Source of the DNA: Lama guanicoe
Taxonomy: Eukaryota
Assembly (NCBI GenBank): GCA_013239625.1
Contig: MU056000.1
Span: 13,281,175-13,345,174 of the forward strand
DNA: 64,000 nucleotides
Reading direction: 5' to 3'
The notes below the pieces were generated by a model. The model worked only from the letters and a program-made list of their open reading frames with translations. It was not told where the DNA came from and ran no database searches. Positions 55,223 through 64,000 of the stretch are shown in pieces. Made by a program: the position numbers and the translations under genes. How positions within the stretch are numbered: the first letter of the stretch is position 1; every line of letters starts with the position of its first letter.

Positions 55223-56237
55223 AATTTACAGTAATCAAGACAGTGTGGTATTGGTGAAAGAAAAGACAAAAAGATAAATGAAAAAGAATAGACAGCCCAG
55301 AAACAGAGCCACAAAAATATAGACAACTGATATTTGACCAAGGATTAAAGGCAACACAATGGAAAAAGATATTCTTTTTTTTTAACAAACAGTGCTAGAA
55401 CAACTGGATATCCAAATGAGAAAAAAATTAATCTAGTCACAGAGCATACACCCTTGACAAAAATCAACTCAAATGGATCTTGGAACATATATAAAAATGT
55501 AAAACAATAAAAATCCTAGACAATAACATAAGGGAAAACCTAGATGACCTTGGGTATAGTGGTGAATTTTACATAAAACACAAAGCATAAAATACATGAA
55601 AAAAATAATGAACAACTGAATTCCCTTAAAATTAAAAATTGCTCTGCAAAAGACAGCACCATGACAGTTAGAAGATAAGCCACCAAGTGGGAGAAAGTCT
55701 TTGCAAGAGACACATCTGACACAGGACTATTGTTTATGATATACAAAAAAAACTTGAAATTTACTTTAAAAAAATGAAACAACCCAATTAAAATATAGGC
55801 CAAAGACTTTAACAGACATTTTACCAAGGAAGATACAGAGATGATGAATAGGTACTTGAAAAGATACTCCACATATATGTCATCAGGAAGCTGAAAATTA
55901 AAACAATGAGATACCACTATATATCAGTTAGAGTGGCCCACATCTGGGGAACGCTGACAACACCAAATGCTAGCATAGATATGGAGCAACAGTAATTCTC
56001 ATTCATTGCTGGCAGGTACACAAAATGGCACAGCCACTATGAAAGACAGTTTGTCAACTTCTTACAAAATTAAATATACTTTTACCATATGATCCAGCAA
56101 TTTCACATTTTGATATTTACCCAAAAAAGTTGAAAACTTCTGTCCATACTGAAACCTACACATGAATATTTATAGCAGTTTTATTTCACTGTTGCCAGAA
56201 CTTGGAAGCAACCAAGATGTTCTTTAGTAGGTGAATG

Positions 56238-56676
56238 TGAGACAGGATGGAGGAGGGCAGGGCACAACCATTGAAGAAATGACACAGCAATTGAGGATAG
56301 GACAAACTAGTTAGAAAAACGATGGCAGAAGATTCAACTTCCAGTAGACCATGAGCCTCATGGTGCATCAACAGGTGCCACGACGGTTCCTAAGCTGACC
56401 ATAAAAGGTGCACAAGTGGGTGGTGGCCCAGCTCCTGGAAATCTTTGCTCCTTCCTCAAAGTAGTTGGAATAATCCTCCTACTCATCAGCATATGAAATC
56501 ACCTAGCCCCCCAAAACTAACAACTCCACACCTCGTGGTCGCTGTCTCCCTTGCCTTCTGAGATGGCCTGCACCCTGTCTATGGAGCGTGTATCTCCCTG
56601 AAGAAACTTACTTTCACTTTACTATGAATTCTTGAATTCTTTCCTGCACAAGACAAGAACCTATTCTCCAGCAACA
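56238..56676 (+). mobile_element. ERV1 solo LTR (MER41-like family), copy 3
   Basis: Starts TGAGACAGGATGGAGGAGGGCAGGGCAC, ends GCAACA. Perfect TSD AATG at 56234 and 56677. Confidence 0.88.
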
Positions 56677-56800
56677 AATGGATAAATAAACTATAAATTA
56701 TATACAGACAATTGACTACACTTTAAAAATTCAGTGCTAAAAGTAAACGAGTTGTTAAATTATGGAAGAACTTAAAATACATATTATTAAGTGGAAGAAG

Positions 56801-57171
56801 TGATGGAGCTAAAAGCAGGCTGCGCCAAGAGGGTCCATTCTAGAAAGCTGAAAACAACCAAGGCCCAAAAGACTCAGGAAGAACCTCTGAACTTCCCCTT
56901 TACTGCCTGAAAGCCTGTGAAAGCAGGCCTGTCCCTGCAAGAAGCTATCACAACAGAGGAACATAGTAAAGCAGTAGGTATAGTCGGACAGGAGGAGCGT
57001 AGCAAAGCCTGTCGGATCAAAGTCCTCTCCGAGTCCCATTGTGTTTCCGTGCGCAACAAACACTCATTTATCAAACATCAACTCTTGTTATCTTCCTGTG
57101 AATTACTATTCTTCCCCTTTGAGTCTCAGACTCCCTATCTCCTCTCCTCTTTATCTCTCTCTCTGTCTCTG

Positions 57172-57214
<43 letters not shown>

Positions 57215-57369
57215 CACCTTGTTTTGCTGTCTTTGGAATTCTTCATACTTATTAGAATTCCCTGTGCACACATAATAAATTTGATTTTTTTTCCCCCTGG
57301 TAATCTGCCTTATGTCATTTTAATTACCAGACAAAAGGACTAAAAGCGGGAAATTTCCTCTCCTGGATA
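56801..57369 (+). mobile_element. ERV1-type solo LTR with internal (CT)n(TG)n
   Basis: Interrupts the L1MC 3' UTR. TG start, near-TSD GAAG/GAAA, (TG)n at ~57178-57212. Confidence 0.7.
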
Positions 57370-58279
57370 GAAACCTATCTAAAAAAGCTGCATACTATAT
57401 GATTCCCACTAAGTGACATCGTGGAAAAGGCAAAACTATGGAGACAATAGAAAGATTGATGGTTGCTGAGGGAAAGGGAGAGACATAGATTGAATGCAGA
57501 AGATTTTTAGGGCAGTGACAATACTCTGTATGATGTTATAGTGATGGATATATGTCCTTCTACATTTGTCCAAACTCATTAAATGTACAACACCAAGAAT
57601 GAACCTTAAGATAAACTACTGACTTTGGGTGATTATGGTATGTCAATCTAGGTTCATCCATTGTAACAAATGTACCATTCTGGTGAGGATTTTGATAATA
57701 AGTGAGGCTATATATGTGTGGGAGCAAGGGATATATGAGAAATCTTAGTACTTCCCTCTCAATTTTATTGTAAACCTAAAACTGCTCTAAAAGATCAAGT
57801 CTTCAAAAAATGAAATTTAAAGGAAGCTTAACAGGAAAAAAGGGGAAAATGCCAATTTTGAAAAGGCTTACTGAGGGCTAAGAGGAAAAGATAGGAGAAA
57901 AAATATATAAATAGGTAACTTTTGAAAAATACATAGAAAATTCTAAATATTTGCCACAAGATTTCACAGAATATTTCTACCACATTGAAAAATTCTATTT
58001 AAATAACTCGGATGGAAGAAAGAAAAACTCCTGTATTATATTCATAAAATGAGCCTAGTATTAACAGCTCAATCCAATAAGAATTGAATTAAAAATATAT
58101 ACAAAAAAATTCTCAGATGAAGTGTTAAATAAAATCCAATATTAGCAAATAAATCTATTTTATGTATTACCCAGAATAGAATAATTCTCATGAAACAGTG
58201 ACTTTCATTCTAATAAAAACAAAAATGGTTCAATGTTAGGCAAACATAATATAATAATTTAATCTAATTAACCAGAGAA

Positions 58280-59500
58280 CATTAACTGTCCAGGCAGACA
58301 TTGAAAGTTAAAAATAGACATGTATACTTTTGGAAATTGTATAAAATGGTAAGATTTCAAAAGGAAAAGTTGAACTGCTCAATAAATGGCATTGAAGTAA
58401 CAGGGTAGATATCTAGGGGAACTATAATTTCAATTTACACAAGCATAAATTGTGAATGGGTGAAATAATTTTAAAATAAACCCATAAAAGTACTTGAAAA
58501 ATATGCAAAATTTTATTTTATAAAGTCAAAGTAGGTTAAGGAGGTTTAACTATATTACAAAAATACTGAACAGAAATATGTAATATAAATGTGTTATAAA
58601 AAATAAAAAGACAAAAATTGTGTATGCCATAAAACAACAAATTGGGAAATGTTACAAATCTACATACTAGAGTAAAATTGCAAACTTCTTTATTTTATAA
58701 AATGCTCATGCAAATTCATACAAATATGACTGAAATCAATGTAAAGTAAGTAAATATTTAAGCAGAAATTTTGACAGAAGTAAAATACTGATAGCTTTTA
58801 AATATAGAAAAAATGTTCAGACTTCCTTAAAATAGAACCAAAGTAAATACAAATTTGAAGACTGAAATATTTTACCTATTGATTGACAGTGTTGCAAAAT
58901 TTTTATAACATGGTTTCTTAGGGGTTCAGTATCACCTACTGTTGGGAATATAATTTTTAACAGAACTTACGGGAAACAATCTAGGACTAGCAAACACAAT
59001 TACAATATGAAGATCCTGTGAGCAATAATTCCCCAGAATTCAGGTATATGCATTGCAGAGAAAATTAAGTATGTTAAAGGTTATTATGCATTAGCATAGA
59101 AAGTTCATAGTGAAAGACTGTATAACTTAAATGTCTACCAGTTCAGGATGGACTGAATAACTTGTGGCACATCTGTAAAATGGAGTACTATTCAGTTAAA
59201 AAATGAGCAAATCTTTATATGGAAGTATCATCAAGATATATTTAAAGTGAATAGAAAAAGATGCAGAAATATATATGATATGCTACTAGTTTTGTAACAG
59301 AAGCTAAAGATTTTTAAAAGTATTTACTTATACATGCTTAAAATAATTGGAAACATAAACAAGAAACTAATAAAAGCAATAATTTGGGGAGGATAATAAG
59401 TAGATTGGGTGGACTGAGGAGAATTTTTACTAAATAACCAAATATATATATATACACACACATACATATAAATTTATATATCTGTTTAATGTTTTAGCTA
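58280..59500 (+). mobile_element. Old L1ME remnant
   Basis: Degenerate ORF2 end and 3' UTR (ggactgaataacttgtggcacatctgtaaaatggagtactattcag). Confidence 0.6.
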
Positions 59501-61399
59501 CTCAAAAGCTGAATAAAATTATATCAGGGGAGATTCATTCCAATGAGTAGAATTTTTAAAAATTCTGATGTGAATAATTAGGCTTATATATTATTTGCTG
59601 ATTAAGAGATGGAATGAATGCCTAAAACACCTCACTGTTCTCATAATATTTTGTCTGGTCAATTGATGGAAATAATGAAAAAGTTAGTATCTTAAAAAAC
59701 TATTGTGTGATAATGTATAATTATTTGCTACTTAAACTGCATCACTTGAATTTTTATCTTTTATAAAGTCATTTAAATCAATATTTGAATTTTAGTGAAA
59801 GGGAGGGGAGGAAATAGCTATTCATCCCTAAATTATCCTTGCACACCTCTTTGTTAATATACCAAGGTACCCAATTTATAACACTAGGGGTTATGGAAAC
59901 TTCTCTATTTGACTCACTATAAATAATCAGCTAGCAACTAAATCCTGATTATAAAAATCTTCCCCATGGTATGTGTGTGTATTAATTTTTTTTTTAATAT
60001 TAAGTAGATTCAAAGACTTTTCCTTGTTCTGCCAAGGCTGTTTCATCATTAATTTAGTATTCCATCCTGCATATTTCATTGCAAAGTTTGCCAGGTGCAT
60101 CTCTCGCCCCTGATGCTTGGGAGCTGCTTCTGGGATGGGACTATGAGTTTTCATCACTATGGGCTTGGTAGGCACATAGCAGAGTGAGTGGCAATAATAG
60201 TTTGTTGAATAAATATGTGGATATAAGATCTATTGCATGAACATGCAAATGAATGCACCGTGAATATTAAGATAATCATTTTGGAAATTCCAGTTGTCAT
60301 TCTACTCTTTTCTTTTTTGGATTCAGAATAATTCTTACTTTTCTAACAGCGACATGGAGATGACTAAGGGTTTAGTCCAAAGCACTTATCTCATATCGTA
60401 TCTATTATCCAACAGCAGGAGGCCTTGAAGCTATGTATTTTCAATTACTCTGTAATTGCAAACATTTCATGATTGAGTTCAAAATGAAAAACATGATCTT
60501 TCATGGATACAAAGTCTTATCATTGCCAAGGTAGAGCCACCCCTGTGGCTATATTCAAATAGTCTTCAAACTCTTTACATTAAGAACTGTTTTTCATTTT
60601 CAGTTAGAGATGCTAAGAGGGGCAAAATATTAATTCAAGTGTTTTTCTTCTTTGTCATTATAGTCATGATTTGTTGAGATGGAAGTTAGAAACAGGTAAA
60701 TAATGACCCCTAACAGAGATACAGAAAACTCCAAGAAGTTGGGGAAACATGAACATAGTGATTTAGGGCAAACAAAGCACTTTATCTTCATTCTCTGCTT
60801 AGCTCTTAGGGAGCTAGATAAATCCAAATAAAAATATTTACTTGCCTATGAATGGGTATTCTTGTGAATCTGACATTCTTGTGAATCCGATCCCTCTCAG
60901 AGACAGACCTCATTCAGGTGGACAGGCTTACACTAGCCATACCTCCATTATAAAATGTTTCCAGTTCAATCCTCCTCAAAATATAAAACTATACCACACC
61001 AACTATGCTTTGTGTATTTGGTAAACTTCATTTGAAAGTATATCCAATTATGAAAAAGGCAAGAAATGGACTTGAACCCAAGTTTTTTAGCATATCATTT
61101 AAAATTCCAGTAGGTCGTATCAAGCTATTTGATGACTTCAATAAGAAAAATACTAATTTTTAAAAAATTCAGATATGACACAGTTTCCTTTTTAATCTTT
61201 TAAAAAAGAAGTATTTTAAAAAATGATGAAAGTAATTATAATAAACATGTAAACAAATCTTTGAAAGAGTGTTTAGCACGTCTCTGGCAGTGTGCTTAAC
61301 AATCCATGGAAACTATCTAATTTAACAAGCTCTTTAAGGATGCTACTATTACTATTTTCTTGTACAGATAAGGATATCAGTCTCTGAATTATTACCTTC

Positions 61400-62400
61400 C
61401 ATTCTCCCCTAAACCAATGCCAATCAAGCTGTCACTCCAAAAAGAAGGCTGTCATTGCCGGTGTCACAAATGACCTCCACTTGGAAAATCGAACGTGAAC
61501 CTTAAATTCACTTCCTGTTTGGTCTCCTTGCAGCATTGATCCTATAATACTTCTAAAAAAGTCTTTATTTATTTTAGGGACAACACATCCTTCTGTTCCT
61601 TCTTCCTTATAGCCTCTTCTTACATTATTCATAAGTTCGTAATCATATCTCCAACCATTTAATTTTGAAATAAATGATCCTGGTTTAGTTTGGGGTCACT
61701 TTTGTTCTTTATCCATAATTATTCACTTGGTTACTAAGTCTTATCCCACAGGTTTAAATATCACTTAAATGCTTAGGACCCCCAAATTGTCTCACTCGTC
61801 CAGATCTCTATCTTGAATTACAGACTGAAAAAGGAACTAACTATTCAGTATTTTTACTTTCACATTCAATTGACAATCTCATATTAATATGCCCCAATGT
61901 GCACTGCTGGCCTTCCTGTATAATTACCCATTCAAAATCTGCTTTTATTGCAGTCTTCCATATTTTGTAAAAACAATCAGAAAAGTTCAATATCTTATAG
62001 TAACCTAGGATAAAAGAAAATATGAAAACAAATCAATGTATGGTGTGTATGACTGAAACATGCTGTACACCAGAAATTGACACATTGTAAACTGACTGTA
62101 CCTCAATAAAAAAAAAAAAGGTACAAAGAAGCTCCACCCTTCTATTGACATAAGTGAGACTATTTGAATTTACCTCAACTTTTGTTTGTTTCACACCATG
62201 TGTCAAACCCAAAAGGGAATCCAATTAGCTTTACCTACAAAATACACCCACAATGTAACTGGCTCTTTTCACCATTACTGTTTCTCACCTGTCAACAGCC
62301 TGATGCATCAGTTTCCCTGCTTCTAACTTTGCCATCTTCAAGTTCAATCCAGAAGCCATGACCATCCTTGTCAAACATAATTGAGCATATATGATTCTTC
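61400..62400. mobile_element. L2 remnant containing a short young L1 3' end (61986-62119, +)
   Basis: L2 motifs (gtcacaaatgacctccacttgg); L1 tail tgactgaaacatgctgtacaccagaaattgacacattgtaaactgactgtacctcaataaaaaaaaaaaa. Confidence 0.7.
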
Positions 62401-64000
62401 AGCTCTGTACTTTTTCACCTCCCTCGGAAAACACGTGCCCTATTATTTTTGGCCCAATAGCACAATATTTAGAGGTAAAAGTTTATGTTTTATTTCGTAT
62501 ACACAAATGTTTTAGGCATTTCAACATCTCTTCCCTTCAAATATTTATCACTGGTCAGCACAAACCTCAGATCACTACAGCATCTTCAGCAACCAGAAAC
62601 AAATTCAATATAGTATCATTTTGGAATAAGGAAAGGCTTTTGATGAATTCTGCCATTTTCAGAAAATCTATCTGGAATCTTATTCTCACAGTAAGGGAAC
62701 TTCTTCATTTTCCCTTCAGGTGATCACTCTGATCCCACTCATCCTTGCAGAAAAACTCCCTTCAGGGAAGAAATAAGTAGTGAGATATACAAAGCCTTGT
62801 GATTCTACATTCCCCTATTTAATTTTTTGGCATCCGCAAGCAAAAACAAGGACACTTTCATAAATGTATGTTTCATAAATAATTTAGGAGAAGAAGGAAC
62901 ACCTTTTTAGACACTTCTGTTAAGTTACCAGGAAATGTCTTTCAATACTATTTCTTACAATTCATATGCAAAGACTAAGAACACCTAATCCTTTTAAAAT
63001 ATGTGTATTTCCAATAATTTCATAGGGGCACACAAAAAAGTGGTTACAATGTGGGGGTGTAATTGAAACAACCCAAACAATAGAGCCAAGTAAAGGATAT
63101 AATGCCCTGCCCCTATAAAGATATTAAACAGTTGATATGTGAATGATACTGTTCTATATGTTTATATGTATTATCTCATTTAACTTCAGCAAGAATTATT
63201 AGAGCTAACAATTAGACTCAATTGTGCTGATTCTGAAAACAATGATCTTAACCATTATGTAACCATTCTAAAAAGCTATTGATTTCAATAACAGCTTTAG
63301 TTTTTTGAGCAAGATGCTAATAACTGTGCCCCTTGGTTTCCTCCTCTGTCCTAGGTTTATGATCATTGTATCTGTAGAATTGCCTGAGGATTAGATAAGT
63401 GAATAGATGGAATATCTTAGTATTTACAGATTGAGAATGTAAAACATATAAATATTGAGAAAAAGGAAGTAAAAAAGAAAAAGATTTTTTTTTAGGTTCC
63501 TTAAACATTAGATATCATTAAAATTTAACATATGTATGCATATATTTATAAGGAAGGAGGGTGCGTGGGTATTAAGGTATAAATTAAGTGCTTCTAATTA
63601 GAATTGTTAGAAAGGGTTTTCCTTAATCAGAGAATTGCAATACATTTTAATTTGTGAGCAGGCATGACCTCATTTAGGAACACTTGTCAAGAAATTTGTT
63701 TTCAGTCATTATAATGGAAATTTAAAAAAAAGAAAAAAAAGAAAAGAATAATCACTTAACTTCAGCAAGTAGTTTTAAATATATTTCATTTTATTATCAA
63801 CCTTTAAATATATTTTTTGAAAGAGTACATCTCTGATTAACATAAAATCAAGAAGACATTTGATAATTAGCATTCTATTAACAGGGTTTTTTTTTTCTTT
63901 TTTCTTTTTTCTTTTCTTCAGGTCAGGCTCTTGCAAGCTCTGGCAAATTAGTGTTTATTCAAGATTTAATGCCATTGTCAATTCAGATTCTTTAGCTAGA

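Larger units (their letters stand above)
54480..57810 (+). mobile_element. L1MC1/2-type element (ORF2 end plus 3' UTR) hosting three nested insertions
   Basis: ORF2 C-terminal remnants at 55230-56237 and a characteristic L1MC 3' end (tacatttgtccaaactcattaaatgtacaacaccaaga...aacctaaaactgctctaaa). Confidence 0.85.
300..64000 (+). pseudogene. Putative decayed multi-exon gene (unitary pseudogene) for a multi-RGS-domain protein (RGS22/RGSL1/AKAP10-like); continues beyond window
   Basis: Colinear + strand exon-like blocks in non-repeat DNA, many with polypyrimidine-AG and GT donors: 4785-5023, 10912-11024, 14077-14181, 21501-21676, 24566-24610, ~27380-27555, 31898-31974, ~32389-32506, 33274-33415, 34740-34810, 35442-35498, 36239-~36440, 42993-~43112, ~46510-46680, 47021-47116, 49868-50024, ~51041-51244, 60350-~60433, 60604-60695, 63922-end. 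Translations carry stops and frameshifts but show recurrent RGS-helix-like motifs. Family assignment is by eye. Confidence 0.5.

Noticed and set aside
56809..57343. Overlapping ORFs with CV/HT repeats
   Set aside because: They derive from an LTR and its (TG)n microsatellite.
1..64000. CRISPR arrays, rRNA/tRNA genes, prokaryotic operons
   Set aside because: There are no regularly spaced repeats or recognisable RNA genes, and the sequence is mammalian.
300..64000. Assigning the symbol RGS22, RGSL1 or AKAP10
   Set aside because: The peptides resemble the domain pattern only and are not near-identical to those proteins as I recall them, so no symbol is given.

Overview
Repeat-dense, AT-rich mammalian genomic DNA, probably camelid. 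That species call is inferred from the young L1 3'-end type and from not seeing Alu, Bov-tA or PRE1-type SINEs. There is no intact host protein-coding gene; the only long ORF (490 aa, 19323-20795, minus) is the C-terminal part of ORF2 of a young 5'-truncated L1. Other repeats include older L1M, L2, MIR, MaLR/ERVL, hAT-Charlie elements and several ERV1-type solo LTRs with 4-bp TSDs. The main non-repeat signal is a small CpG-bearing promoter-like segment (RFX X-box, MYB, ETS, CRE-half motifs, donor at 393/394). It is followed by a colinear series of + strand exon-like blocks with AG/GT boundaries. Their damaged translations repeatedly resemble RGS-domain helices, best at 33274-36440 and 27380-32506. 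I interpret this as a decayed multi-exon, multi-RGS-domain (RGS22/RGSL1/AKAP10-like) unitary pseudogene running past the right edge of the window. This rests on by-eye motif comparison and needs HMM and synteny confirmation.
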